Below are positions 28,154-38,553 of a stretch of DNA of 56,510 nt, in pieces. Origin of the DNA: a virus (Duplodnaviria; Caudoviricetes); IMG/VR virus record IMGVR_UViG_3300042549_004468, positions 1-56,510 of that record. One strand, given 5' to 3'. How positions within the stretch are numbered: position 1 is the first letter of the stretch; each line of letters starts with the position of its first letter. The position numbers and the translations under genes were made by a program. The notes under the pieces were generated by a model, which was given only the letters and a program-made list of their open reading frames with translations, searched no databases and was not told the DNA's origin.

Positions 28154-28691
28154 CAACGGTGTCTTGGTTATAAATATGCTTGTTATTAAGTTGACGTCTT
28201 AAATTAGCAACTTCTACTTGTAATTTTTCTGTTTTATCTATTAAATTCATTACCAACTTGCCTAAAGGTATGTCTCTTATAGCTTCATGCTTTTTAAAGT
28301 ACAAATCATCTGCTACTATATCACCATCAACAAATAGTTTACAATTACTATACACATTTTCATCCAGAGATTGACCGACATACACCTTTTCCATATTACG
28401 GTATGGTATTATTTCACGCATCTCAACATTCTTTGTCATTGGATTGTATGAGAGGTAGTGTAGTATGAAGAAGATAGCATCTCCTTTTAATTGCTTATCG
28501 GTAGATGGCATTCCTATCCTTAGACTATAAGGATTTTGTTCATGCTTATCTCTTATTTGAAGAATGTTTTCACCTTGCCAACTTTGGTATATGTTCTTAA
28601 GTTTAATCTTACCTAAAGCATGCTCATTAACCATTCCCTGTATTGCTGGAAATGGGATTGTACAGTTTCTTATATTGCCTGTGTTTATCAT
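28146..28691 (-). CDS. Hypothetical protein with a C-terminal coiled coil
   Basis: KLFVDGDIVAD then LIDKTEKLQVEVANLRRQL. Confidence 0.55.
   Translation of the reverse strand: MINTGNIRNCTIPFPAIQGMVNEHALGKIKLKNIYQSWQGENILQIRDKHEQNPYSLRIGMPSTDKQLKGDAIFFILHYLSYNPMTKNVEMREIIPYRNMEKVYVGQSLDENVYSNCKLFVDGDIVADDLYFKKHEAIRDIPLGKLVMNLIDKTEKLQVEVANLRRQLNNKHIYNQDTVDE
28169..28176 (-). promoter_or_regulatory. Putative late promoter TATTTATA (within the 3' end of the upstream ORF)
   Basis: 15 nt upstream of ATG at 28153. Confidence 0.65.
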
Positions 28692-28694
28692 TAT

Positions 28695-30059
28695 TTATTC
28701 AGCTGGTGGTGGTGTATTGTTCTCAATACGATCTATGCCTATAATAAAACTAGTGTTTTGAACTACTTGAGTAAGCGAGTAAGGTTTAATAAATCTTGGA
28801 TCAGTTGTTACTCCTACTTTGCACATTTGTATATCATCTATTATAATTCCAAAATAGGCATTATCTGCTAATGATCCACTTGCCTCTATGCACAATTGTG
28901 CTGGATATCCATATTGGATCACATTAATATTAAACTTTTCTATTGTATAACCTGTTTGTATATCATAAAAGCTTATTACTGGTGCAGCTCCATATCCATT
29001 TCCAACCTTTACTATGTTATTTTCAGGTGGATACCATCCAAGTGCTCCTGGTATTCTGGCAGATGATGAGGGGATTTGAGGAATTATGTTGTGTATAAAT
29101 ACAGACATGAAGGTATTATTGTCTGGATAGCTATCCAACGCTACCTGTTTTTTGAGCGTAAACTGTATGTTGTAAATACCACCATTGTCCGTAAATAGAT
29201 CATCAGCTTTATATCCCGTATAACTTTTAAACCAGTAATCTGTCCCAGTGGATTGGCCACTTTGTGATACTGGTGTTGGAAAATATAAGCGTCTTGCTTT
29301 TAAAGCTTGTGTTGATAATCCCAATCCGGTAGCTGTATCATCGTTGTAATAAGTTGATCCTGTTACCAGAGATCTGCTTATGTCAGCTCTTGCTATTAAG
29401 GCTCCTCCTCCTAAATCAAAGTATTGTCCATCTACTGAGGAGATGGAATTTGCGCTCATAGTTGGGTATGTAATATTATAAGCTACGTCTGGGGCTCTAT
29501 CAGAGACATCACCTCCGAGATATGTGGAGCCTACAAAGGTAGGATATGTTGGTGTTCCAGCCACGTCGGTAAGATAATAGAAAACAGTTGCGTTTGCAAA
29601 CTTTGGATCAGTAACAATCCAACTTGACGTTATTGCATATGTATTAACTCCATTTGCTGAATTTCTTGCAGCCTTATGAAAGCTTTTTGAAGTATATTGA
29701 GCGCCCCAATACCTTGTGGTTTGTGCTGGGGATCCTACTATCGACTCACTGTAAGACCATGATGGTGTTCTTACATTCCATAAAAAGTCTGCAGCGTGGG
29801 AAGCCCAAGGTAATGCAACATATGTACTGTTGCTTTGTGAATCTCTCGTTGTTACATAACCATATGTGCTTGTGTCATCTGGAAAATTTAAGTACGCTCC
29901 TGAGACTCTTAGGTTTTGTGATGCTGCATATGATGATGAAATCGAAGAGGTAAACCAAAACTCTGGTAGATTTCCTCGCCAGACAGGAGTACCACCGACA
30001 ATACCTATCGGACCTAATCGTTTGTAAAATAAATCAAATACTCTTGTTGGAAATCCCAT
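28695..30059 (-). CDS. Hypothetical virion structural protein
   Basis: 454 aa, beta-rich, S/T-rich. Confidence 0.55.
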   Translation of the reverse strand: MGFPTRVFDLFYKRLGPIGIVGGTPVWRGNLPEFWFTSSISSSYAASQNLRVSGAYLNFPDDTSTYGYVTTRDSQSNSTYVALPWASHAADFLWNVRTPSWSYSESIVGSPAQTTRYWGAQYTSKSFHKAARNSANGVNTYAITSSWIVTDPKFANATVFYYLTDVAGTPTYPTFVGSTYLGGDVSDRAPDVAYNITYPTMSANSISSVDGQYFDLGGGALIARADISRSLVTGSTYYNDDTATGLGLSTQALKARRLYFPTPVSQSGQSTGTDYWFKSYTGYKADDLFTDNGGIYNIQFTLKKQVALDSYPDNNTFMSVFIHNIIPQIPSSSARIPGALGWYPPENNIVKVGNGYGAAPVISFYDIQTGYTIEKFNINVIQYGYPAQLCIEASGSLADNAYFGIIIDDIQMCKVGVTTDPRFIKPYSLTQVVQNTSFIIGIDRIENNTPPPAE

Positions 30060-30064
30060 ATTAA

Positions 30065-32203
30065 TTAGCCTATAAATAATGGTACATTTGCACTACCACT
30101 GAATTTTGAATTGTAATAAAAATAAAGTTTGTCATCTTGACAGGTGTTGGATGCTATGTCTGCTTTCAGATTAAGTATAACGTCGTCTAAAAAGGTTGTA
30201 TACTCTGATTGCCTTCCTGTAAAGTCAAAGTACTCAATTTTAAAATCGATCGATTGTGAAAGTGTTGATGCTACCACAAACTCTTGAGGTAGTGGTACGG
30301 CATATTGTACTATGTTTGGTGTAAATCCGTTAATTTGATAAGGCTTGATACTTACTTCACCAACATAAGCGCTACCAGTCACTCCTGACATTTGATCTAT
30401 TACGCGAGATCTAAATAGCGGTCTACCTAAGCCTGCTGCATCTGTTTCAAAGTCATATAAAATTTTACCGTAGTATTTCCTATTCGCTCGATCATTTTTA
30501 ATTTTTCCTAAGTACTTTCCAAACCTATTATAAGATCCGTTATAACGATCTTTTTCATTATTATAGGATTTGTCAAATGCTCTTGGGTATACCATTGGCA
30601 TAATGGCATTTAAGCTCATTGGATCGCTATTCATATACACTTCTACCTCTGTATATGGGTCTAATGTAAGATAGAATCCTAATGTGTAGGTTTGGTTTGG
30701 TGCGTAGTTCTGATTGAATTGTGTGGTAAATATTCCAGATTGAGTGTACAAAGCGTCTATTTGAGCAGACTCAATCATAACACTGTTATTGAGTGATCCT
30801 GATTTTACATAAATGCTTGTTGGTCTTTCTTCTAAGAATGTCCAATAGTCTGTTAGTATTGATTGCGTAACAAAGTGTCCAACAAGCCTATAATCTGACT
30901 CATGTCTTGCATAATTCATACCATTAACAAATTGAGCGTCTGTTAGATACTCAACTGGTATAACAATTTGATCATTTAACTGCTTGTAATCACCAGTGAT
31001 CGATCCCAACTTTGCAGAAGTTTTTATTCTATATACTTGACCGCTTATTGGATTCAAATCTCCAAAAGTAAATTCAACATAAGACTGACTCACTGTGGAA
31101 CTTGTCACATAGGTGAGATCAGTTGGTACATACACAATACTACCAGTGAATACGCTTGCATTCTTGTAGTTAAAGGTTGAATAGGTGTTTGATGATATAT
31201 CATTTGCATCTTGTGTTATGATGCTTAGTTGCTCGCTTAGGATGGCTTGACTGTTGTTTACTATTTCTACAATTGTAGCTCTATAATCCTTTAACTGCTC
31301 ATAAACACTTCCAGAAACTGTTATTCCTGTAGGCAAGGTTGGTAGCAGTACTTTTGGTGTACTGCCTGAATTAAAAAACGTAAAGTAACCTCCTAACTGC
31401 TGTTTACTAAAAGATGCTGATACTGATCTTATTATTGTATTAAAGCGTGTTGTGTAGTTTATTAAAAAACCGTTTGCAATATCTTCATCTCTGTTTCTAG
31501 CTGCTGTTGATACACCATTCATTGTAAATGGTGCTCCTGTTGGATTAACCGATATTGCTCTTAGTCTTGGATCTAAGATATCCTTACTTGATGCAAAGTC
31601 CCTATCATAACCAAAAAAATCAGAACTAACAATACTGAAGTCATCTACACTACTAGTGAATGCTGTGAAGTTGTATGCGCTTGCAGTACTTTGAGCTGCT
31701 ATCTTGACTGGTGTAACAATTTGTGCTGTTGATATGCTTGGTGGATTATCAAATATTAGATCAGAGTTGTTTCGCTCAAAAGGTAGTATGTTAAATTGCT
31801 TAGACCACCTTACGTTGTACTTTCCTGCTTCGCTCTTAGGAACTGGCAGGCCGTTAAGATCTAATAATGCCTCACCAACAAAGTATGCAGTTGCAATACC
31901 CTGAGCTGTTATGTCATATACGTCAAATGATATGTAGTAGTTATTAAATCTATCAGTATACCCAGTAACTTCTGTGAAAATTGCTTGACCTTCAGCATCT
32001 ATTATTTCAATGTCAATCGTTGTGTTTATTCTTAAATCTAAACCACCTTTTATCTTAATTACATGTCTACCACCTCCAACTACTAATGGAAAATCTTGAG
32101 CATCAAAATAGTTTGGTGAATTTTCTGACGTATCTTCAATGTAAAAAGTTCTAGTTGAGTATCCCTTTGGTAGAGGTATTTTGTATGTTGATAGTAATGT
32201 CAT
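30065..32203 (-). CDS. Hypothetical virion (baseplate/tail) structural protein
   Basis: 712 aa, beta-rich, many [ST]-x-S motifs. Confidence 0.55.
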   Translation of the reverse strand: MTLLSTYKIPLPKGYSTRTFYIEDTSENSPNYFDAQDFPLVVGGGRHVIKIKGGLDLRINTTIDIEIIDAEGQAIFTEVTGYTDRFNNYYISFDVYDITAQGIATAYFVGEALLDLNGLPVPKSEAGKYNVRWSKQFNILPFERNNSDLIFDNPPSISTAQIVTPVKIAAQSTASAYNFTAFTSSVDDFSIVSSDFFGYDRDFASSKDILDPRLRAISVNPTGAPFTMNGVSTAARNRDEDIANGFLINYTTRFNTIIRSVSASFSKQQLGGYFTFFNSGSTPKVLLPTLPTGITVSGSVYEQLKDYRATIVEIVNNSQAILSEQLSIITQDANDISSNTYSTFNYKNASVFTGSIVYVPTDLTYVTSSTVSQSYVEFTFGDLNPISGQVYRIKTSAKLGSITGDYKQLNDQIVIPVEYLTDAQFVNGMNYARHESDYRLVGHFVTQSILTDYWTFLEERPTSIYVKSGSLNNSVMIESAQIDALYTQSGIFTTQFNQNYAPNQTYTLGFYLTLDPYTEVEVYMNSDPMSLNAIMPMVYPRAFDKSYNNEKDRYNGSYNRFGKYLGKIKNDRANRKYYGKILYDFETDAAGLGRPLFRSRVIDQMSGVTGSAYVGEVSIKPYQINGFTPNIVQYAVPLPQEFVVASTLSQSIDFKIEYFDFTGRQSEYTTFLDDVILNLKADIASNTCQDDKLYFYYNSKFSGSANVPLFIG
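30071..30078 (-). promoter_or_regulatory. Putative late promoter TATTTATA (in the last codons of the upstream gene)
   Basis: 11 nt upstream of ATG at 30059. Confidence 0.55.
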
Positions 32204-32207
32204 CTAC

Positions 32208-32215
32208 TATAAATA
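32208..32215 (-). promoter_or_regulatory. Putative late promoter TATTTATA
   Basis: Only 4 nt upstream of ATG at 32203. Confidence 0.7.
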
Positions 32216-32219
32216 TCGT

Positions 32220-35200
32220 CTAACAATTTATATAGCTAAAATCATCTTTACGATCTATAGTTATTATATTGTCAACCATATCTCTAACAACATCAATGTG
32301 AGATATTACTAAACTGAACCTGAATACATCCTTCATATATGTGAATAAAGTGTGCATTGAGTTAAGATTGCTACTATCTAACACTCCCAAACCTTCATCT
32401 AGTGCAATGAAGTCAGGCTTTGGTAGGTTAGTAATCTTAATCAAAGCTATACGAAGTGCTAAAGATGATAAAAAACGCTCCATTCCAGAGCTTAACTCTA
32501 GTGGCCACTTTGCATCATCATAGCAAATAAATACATTTATATTCTTTCCATCTGTCTCTAGTTCAACTGTGAAGTCAATGACCTGGTTTAAGATGTTATT
32601 GACATATTGTTGTATGTATGGAACAGCTTTGCTTATCATTACATATGGTATGCCATCTTTACAAACAGCTTTGCAATATAGGTCGTAGGCTACTTGTCTA
32701 TCAGCCAACTCTTGCATATGTCTAATAGATTCATTACACTCATTAATAACCTGTTCAGCTACCCTTATTTTAGCATGAAAATCCTTTACTGTATTGTTAG
32801 CTTTGGATAGATCTATCTTTTTTAATGCTATTTTTCCTTGTATATCTTTGATTTGAACGTGGATTGCTTTGTTGTTACTAAGTATTGCCACATTGTCATT
32901 ATACACCTTTATATCCCCTTTAATCTTGTCTATTTTGTGTTTTTGGATATCTATATCTTTCTTGATACGATCATAGGCATTCTGCAATCTCTCTGCTGCT
33001 ATCACAGCTTCTTTATGGTTGTTGAGTGCTATCTGTAGTTTGTTAGCTTCTTCCTGTATAAACTTATTGTTTTCGATAAACTCTGATACTTTACCTATTT
33101 TTTGCAAAAAGTCATGTACCACCTTCTTGTCGTTCTCTAACTCACCCTTAGTGTCAATAGCATCCTTTACAAATACGTTTGAAGTACAATACTTGCAATT
33201 AGGATCATACTCGTGTTTTTCAAGTTTTTCCAGCTTTGATAGCTTGTTTGATATTGTAAGTTTCATTGTGCTGAGTGTGTTATCTAACTCACTCTTCTCT
33301 TGTAACTTTGCGTTGTACTCCTTGTATAGGTTGTTATCAAAAGAACTTTTAGTCTTATCTAAATTCTGCGTAGCTTCATGTAAAACTATCTGCTCATCTT
33401 GTAATTGCAAATGTGCTGTTGAAGCATCTTGACCCAGTTTAGCTAAGTTGTTTTCTGCTAATTGCAAATCTTTTTCTAACACTACAATATCCAAACCATC
33501 AGCTGTACAAGGTTGTAGTTGCTTGTTTAAATCAAGCTGTTGTTCACTTAATATGTGTAAGTCAGCTTCTGCACTATCTAATACCTTTTGAGCTTCTTCA
33601 TGCTTACCTTCGTTAGTTTCTTTAGCAGTTTCAGCATCTCCTAATTTAGTCTCAAAATCTTGCTTTTGGTACTCTTCTAACACTATTACAGCTGTTCTAT
33701 TCTCTTTGTTAGCTAACTCATATAGTGAGTCAAATATTTTCAAATCTAAAAAGTTAGCTAATAAATCCTTTCTTTCACCCTGAGTCTTATCGATAAAGTT
33801 TGAGTTATTACCTTGTAGTGATAGTGCAGTTAAAATGAAGTCATCAAAGGTTCCTACATAGGATTGAATAATCTTGTCTGTATCCCTTCTTTGCTCACCA
33901 TTCAAGGATATCTTATTGTAGTCAGCATCTATGTACCAAAAATCTATATCTACACGAAGCTTACCAGCTAATGGTCCTTTTAGGTATCTTGTAGCTTTTT
34001 TCTCTACAAAATAATCTAAACCACCTAACTCAAATTGAAACTTACACCAGAAGCCATCCTTCTTTCTATTCAATACTTGCTCAGCTTTGCTCGCTCTGAA
34101 AGAGTGATCAAACAAACAAAAGCAAAGAGCATCTAAGATGGCTGATTTACCTGCATGATTAGGTGCAAACAATCCACATGTTCCATCCAGCTTTTCAAAG
34201 TTTATTGAGTTGCCTTCACCATAACTAAACATATTATCAAACTCAAACTTCTTTGGTTTCCAAACTACGTTACGAGCTGATTCTCCTTGGTTTAAAGTTT
34301 GATTAAGTGTTGTATTGATTTTTAGTATGGATTCCATCAACTCTGCATCAACATCGAACTGCTGTAAGTAATCCGTTATCAATTGGTTTTGGTGTTGAAT
34401 GTTACGTACATCTCCTTGGTGAAGAGATTCTCCAAATAATTGATTATCAGTAGTGCTTGTGTTCTTATCTAACCTCTGAACAATTACATCACTATTACGA
34501 TATAGTTTTCTAATTGTTGCAAGGATTCTTTTTACTTCTGCTGCTGAAGTGTTTTTAGTTCTTAGTCGTACGTTTGTTTTAGAGTTGATTGGTAAGTTAT
34601 CAGGCAATACTCCTGAATCTACATCTAATGTATAGAATCCATATGGATTTGGAATATCAAAAAACTCATACTTAATGTCTCCTTTAGTTCTCAAATCACA
34701 AAGAGCATAACCATGTCCTTCAAAAGATTCTCCAAAGTTTTGCTGTACCAATGATCCTGGATAGAAAATGATTGGTTCGCTCTTACATAGGACTTGTCTT
34801 TTGTGAATGTCTCCTAATAAAACTAAATCAAAATTTGCAAAAGTATCCCAATCTAAACCATGTGACAACACTAAACCACTATCAACTTTACTATTAGCAA
34901 TAGTACCGTGATACATAGCTATTGTGTGTTTGTATTCTTTATTTTGTGGTAATTTGTCAGCTGTTATGTAATCTGTTACTGGATCAAGTAAAGACATGAC
35001 ACTTATAGCTACGTCACCAATTTCGTATACTCCTGAGTTGCGTAGGTAGAAAAGATTAGGATGATTGTTAGCTTCTATTATTGGAGTTAAAGCATCTAAT
35101 CTGTTGTTGTTATTTAGATTTGTGTCATGATTACCACAAATAACTATTGTAGGTCTTCTTGTAGCCAATTCATTAAACAGGTATGAAGTCATGTTAATTA

Positions 35201-35405
35201 ACTCAGGACTCATGTCAGTTTTAGCATGAACAATATCACCTCCAACAGTAACAATACTATTGTCAGGTAACTCATCAACAGCTACAAGTAATTTTTTAAA
35301 CACCTCTTTGAACTCAACATGTCTTTTCCAGTTTCGCAAATGGATATCTGCAATATGGAGTATGTGATCTACTTGGGTTATTTTATTTTTAATTTTGTTA
35401 ATCAT
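32220..35405 (-). CDS. Fused Mre11/SbcD nuclease - Rad50/SbcC ATPase (gp47+gp46-like)
   Basis: ADIH, GGD, GNHD, LGDIH, YPGS phosphoesterase motifs; APNHAGKS Walker A, CKYC hook, LSSGME signature, ALDEG Walker B, ISH. Confidence 0.92.
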   Translation of the reverse strand: MINKIKNKITQVDHILHIADIHLRNWKRHVEFKEVFKKLLVAVDELPDNSIVTVGGDIVHAKTDMSPELINMTSYLFNELATRRPTIVICGNHDTNLNNNNRLDALTPIIEANNHPNLFYLRNSGVYEIGDVAISVMSLLDPVTDYITADKLPQNKEYKHTIAMYHGTIANSKVDSGLVLSHGLDWDTFANFDLVLLGDIHKRQVLCKSEPIIFYPGSLVQQNFGESFEGHGYALCDLRTKGDIKYEFFDIPNPYGFYTLDVDSGVLPDNLPINSKTNVRLRTKNTSAAEVKRILATIRKLYRNSDVIVQRLDKNTSTTDNQLFGESLHQGDVRNIQHQNQLITDYLQQFDVDAELMESILKINTTLNQTLNQGESARNVVWKPKKFEFDNMFSYGEGNSINFEKLDGTCGLFAPNHAGKSAILDALCFCLFDHSFRASKAEQVLNRKKDGFWCKFQFELGGLDYFVEKKATRYLKGPLAGKLRVDIDFWYIDADYNKISLNGEQRRDTDKIIQSYVGTFDDFILTALSLQGNNSNFIDKTQGERKDLLANFLDLKIFDSLYELANKENRTAVIVLEEYQKQDFETKLGDAETAKETNEGKHEEAQKVLDSAEADLHILSEQQLDLNKQLQPCTADGLDIVVLEKDLQLAENNLAKLGQDASTAHLQLQDEQIVLHEATQNLDKTKSSFDNNLYKEYNAKLQEKSELDNTLSTMKLTISNKLSKLEKLEKHEYDPNCKYCTSNVFVKDAIDTKGELENDKKVVHDFLQKIGKVSEFIENNKFIQEEANKLQIALNNHKEAVIAAERLQNAYDRIKKDIDIQKHKIDKIKGDIKVYNDNVAILSNNKAIHVQIKDIQGKIALKKIDLSKANNTVKDFHAKIRVAEQVINECNESIRHMQELADRQVAYDLYCKAVCKDGIPYVMISKAVPYIQQYVNNILNQVIDFTVELETDGKNINVFICYDDAKWPLELSSGMERFLSSLALRIALIKITNLPKPDFIALDEGLGVLDSSNLNSMHTLFTYMKDVFRFSLVISHIDVVRDMVDNIITIDRKDDFSYINC

Positions 35406-36328
35406 AAAGACATTTTAAAGGTTATTAGGTCAAAAAAGTCTACTTTCTTAGCTCTGTCCTTAGCTTCAACCATAGACAAATATCCAGCTTCACTTGGATC
35501 TTTTCCTGGAAGATGGACTAAATAAACTTCTACACCATTGTTCATAAAATATTCAATCTCTTTCACACTACTCTTAAAAGCATCAGTATCTAATGACAAA
35601 TAGAGTTTTTGTACCTTCTCAGTTAGTATCTTATTTCTTAAGGTACTCAATATTATTTTACCAAACAACGGTATTGCGTTCCTTTTAGTTGCTATTGCAT
35701 CGAATGCACCTTCTACAATTGTTATAGGCTCTTTCCAGTTGATTTGGTTCTCAAATCCAATGATATCTTTAGTTACTGGTGGGTTCTTATGCTTAACGGT
35801 TGCGTTGTCATAAAAGCTTCTGCCTACGTAATAGTTAATCATGTTGTGTTCATTATAGCTTGGAATGATCAACATTCCAGCATAAGGTCCTTCTTCACAA
35901 TAACCTACCTCATATCTTAGGATATCCATAGGAGTTAGCTTTCTTACTTGCATCGCATAGTGTAAAGCATTTTTATAGTCAGGTGTGCCTTGTGGTATGT
36001 ATAATGGTTTGTAATGCTCTGGTAGTCCAACTATCTCTCTGCTGAAGTTGTTTTTGTTACTAAAGTTGTTATCACCATAAATCTCTCGAATCTTCTGATA
36101 ACTTTGGTTTGGAGCATTACTCTTTTTGAGTAGGGATGTTAGGGTTTGTCCCTTACTATCGCATGTCCAACAGTGCCACTTCTGTGTATTTATGTTGACT
36201 TGAAGTTTTCTCTTATGGTGATTGCAGAATGGACAGTAGTAGCTTATCTCCCCACTTTTCTTATGTTGCATGCTAGAACCTAGATGCTCATCAATAATGT
36301 GTTTTACTTCCAATAAGTTTAAAGTCAT
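35402..36328 (-). CDS. DNA primase (Zn finger + TOPRIM, gp61/DnaG-like)
   Basis: CPFC...HCWTC; VEGAFDA, LDTD, KDPSE. Likely start MTLNLL at 36328. Confidence 0.88.
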   Translation of the reverse strand: MTLNLLEVKHIIDEHLGSSMQHKKSGEISYYCPFCNHHKRKLQVNINTQKWHCWTCDSKGQTLTSLLKKSNAPNQSYQKIREIYGDNNFSNKNNFSREIVGLPEHYKPLYIPQGTPDYKNALHYAMQVRKLTPMDILRYEVGYCEEGPYAGMLIIPSYNEHNMINYYVGRSFYDNATVKHKNPPVTKDIIGFENQINWKEPITIVEGAFDAIATKRNAIPLFGKIILSTLRNKILTEKVQKLYLSLDTDAFKSSVKEIEYFMNNGVEVYLVHLPGKDPSEAGYLSMVEAKDRAKKVDFFDLITFKMSL

Positions 36329-36331
36329 ATT

Positions 36332-36362
36332 TGAATATACAACTTTTATTCTATAAAACAAA
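36332..36362 (-). promoter_or_regulatory. Bacteroidota sigma-A-like promoter (TTTG-N19-TATATTCA)
   Basis: Matches the -33 TTTG / -7 TAnnTTTG layout with 19-nt spacing; the last two -7 positions differ. Confidence 0.45.
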
Positions 36363-36368
36363 GAATGG

Positions 36369-36770
36369 TTATTTCAACCAATCGCTTGGTATGATCTTGT
36401 CTGAGAATTGAAAACCGTGTTTAACACACCAATCTGCATAAGTAGTTTTAGATCCTTTTCTAATCTTTCCTTTAGAGTTTTGAAACACAAATCGGATATC
36501 CAATTCAGGATGTTGCTTTTTTATCAAAACGTGTTTTGCTCTATCTTCTGTCACAAACCTTCCTTTAGTTTCTATAAAGATTCCGTTAGGTAGTTTAAAA
36601 TCAGGTGTGTATGTGTGTTCAGATTCTGGTATGATATACTTGATCTTATGCTTCTCATACTCTCCATCAATGCTGTTTTGAGATAGTAGCTCGTTTATAT
36701 CTGCTTCCAAGCCACTTCTGTAACCTCTTACTAATGCTGCTTGTCTTTTTGCGAATCTTGCTTTTTTCAT
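36369..36770 (-). CDS. T7 endonuclease I-like Holliday junction resolvase
   Basis: YRSGLE, YTPDF, IETKGRF, HPELDIRFVF, TTYADWC. Confidence 0.92.
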   Translation of the reverse strand: MKKARFAKRQAALVRGYRSGLEADINELLSQNSIDGEYEKHKIKYIIPESEHTYTPDFKLPNGIFIETKGRFVTEDRAKHVLIKKQHPELDIRFVFQNSKGKIRKGSKTTYADWCVKHGFQFSDKIIPSDWLK

Positions 36771-36783
36771 AACCTTTTTATTT

Positions 36784-38535
36784 TTATCTATCGTATCGGA
36801 CTATGATCGTTGTGTCCATATTATTTGGTGTTTGTATTGGAGTATTTAACTTTCCAATTAATAACAGAGATCCTAAATCGTCATATAAACCTATTGTTGT
36901 TATAAATGGTTTAAAGCTTGAACCTGTTACAAACGGTTTATATACAAATTCATTTTTTACTGAATCATATTCTTGTATAGATCTATTAGTACTCATTCCA
37001 AATTCACCAGGACTGATTGTACAAGAAATTTCATTTTCGTAAATCGTATGGGTACCTCTTGATTCAACGGAATTAATAGTTAGGAATCTGGATGGAATTG
37101 AACCTAAAATCATCATTCCGTGATTGTAGTAAGCGTTTCCAAGATATACATTACCAACACCTAAAGTGTGATAAAGGATGTTTACTTCGTTTTGTGTAAG
37201 ATGACTTTTGTATATTTTTAAGTTATCTATTCCTCCGTTAAATCCTTGGTCAAACGTATCTGTATTACCTACAACTATGTTAGATAGGTTTGAGGTATCA
37301 CTATCTCGCAATACTGTTGATCCTGAGTTGATTGAGCTTGTTAGTAGGCTGTTAACGTGTAAGGTTATTAGTGAGCCAGTCTTAGTTGCTACTATATGGT
37401 GTAGCGTGTTTAAGCTCATTGATACGCTGCTAGTTAAGGCAAAATAGCCTACCCCACCACCACTCTTTTCAAACATAACTTTTTTACTACCTGATGTATA
37501 GCTTAGTCTGTATGGGAATTTGTTGGGTGCTGGTTGTGAATACACATCTCCATTTTCATTTACTTTTAACTCCTCAACAACTCCTTGTTTTGTCAGCAAG
37601 ATTGATCCTGATGGATGTGTTGGTGCTTGAGTTGGTCTAACTATCATACTAATGGAATAGTCACCATTCTCAAAGTTGTAGTGTACATTACGATCTGGAA
37701 CTACATTTGGTTTGATTTGTATACTGGAACTGTTAGATGCAGTGAAGTACATTACAGCTCCTAACATATCTATATCCGATACGTTTGGTGCTACACTTCC
37801 CGTAACTGTTGTTACACTAATGTTTGTGTAGATAGACTCCATTTGCCAGAAACCCTTATTAAAGCTACTAGTAAAACTTACTGGTCCTACATCTACATAC
37901 TTATAAAGATTGTCTAATGGCCACTCACCTGCTATTGGTTTTGTTACAGATGATGTGTAATTTGTATAAGCACCTCCAACATATTCACCATATACAGAAA
38001 AGTAATTACTTCCTGAAACTAGTAAGTTTCCATGGCCATCATCGATTAAGTTCCATGATCCACTCCTATCAGCTACTGAGCTTGCACTACTAGCTGCAAA
38101 GGACCAACTAACTCCTATATTTATAGAGCTTGGTAATATTTCTTCACCAAATTTGGATTGTGGCATGCTAATTACTTGAGCCTTATCTTCTAATATTCTA
38201 AACTGTTTGTTGATGTTTCCACCACCAAAGGAAGCTTTGTTATTATTGTAAAAGTCTCTGTAGTATAAATGATCTATTGATGCATGTACAACTCTTTTGA
38301 ATTTACCGTTAATAGTAGTAGGTTCGTTAGCTTCAAAATAGGGATTGCCTTGATCAAAAGAGTCTTTTAGAGGATCTGAATTTAGATAGTTTGATAGTGG
38401 GTTATAATCTGCTTGATAAACAGAGTATACTGATCCACTTCCACCGCTTCCAATAACATCTGACCATATTTTGTAGGTGCGGAAAGGTGTAATTCGTACA
38501 TCAGCTTTATCTAAACTTTTAAAAACTCCAGCCAT
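36784..38535 (-). CDS. Baseplate/tail structural protein with an internal LamG domain
   Basis: HHIVAT...FNGGIDNLKIY LamG; C-terminal ITTIGLYDD...LIGKLNTP. Confidence 0.65.
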   Translation of the reverse strand: MAGVFKSLDKADVRITPFRTYKIWSDVIGSGGSGSVYSVYQADYNPLSNYLNSDPLKDSFDQGNPYFEANEPTTINGKFKRVVHASIDHLYYRDFYNNNKASFGGGNINKQFRILEDKAQVISMPQSKFGEEILPSSINIGVSWSFAASSASSVADRSGSWNLIDDGHGNLLVSGSNYFSVYGEYVGGAYTNYTSSVTKPIAGEWPLDNLYKYVDVGPVSFTSSFNKGFWQMESIYTNISVTTVTGSVAPNVSDIDMLGAVMYFTASNSSSIQIKPNVVPDRNVHYNFENGDYSISMIVRPTQAPTHPSGSILLTKQGVVEELKVNENGDVYSQPAPNKFPYRLSYTSGSKKVMFEKSGGGVGYFALTSSVSMSLNTLHHIVATKTGSLITLHVNSLLTSSINSGSTVLRDSDTSNLSNIVVGNTDTFDQGFNGGIDNLKIYKSHLTQNEVNILYHTLGVGNVYLGNAYYNHGMMILGSIPSRFLTINSVESRGTHTIYENEISCTISPGEFGMSTNRSIQEYDSVKNEFVYKPFVTGSSFKPFITTIGLYDDLGSLLLIGKLNTPIQTPNNMDTTIIVRYDR

Positions 38536-38539
38536 TTTC

Positions 38540-38547
38540 TATAAATA
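38540..38547 (-). promoter_or_regulatory. Putative late promoter TATTTATA
   Basis: 4 nt upstream of ATG at 38535. Confidence 0.7.
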
Positions 38548-38553
38548 TCTTGT

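Noticed and set aside
9665-29101. Intragenic TATAAATA copies at 9665-9672 and 29094-29101
   Set aside because: Hundreds of nt from any start codon; plausible by chance in AT-rich coding DNA.
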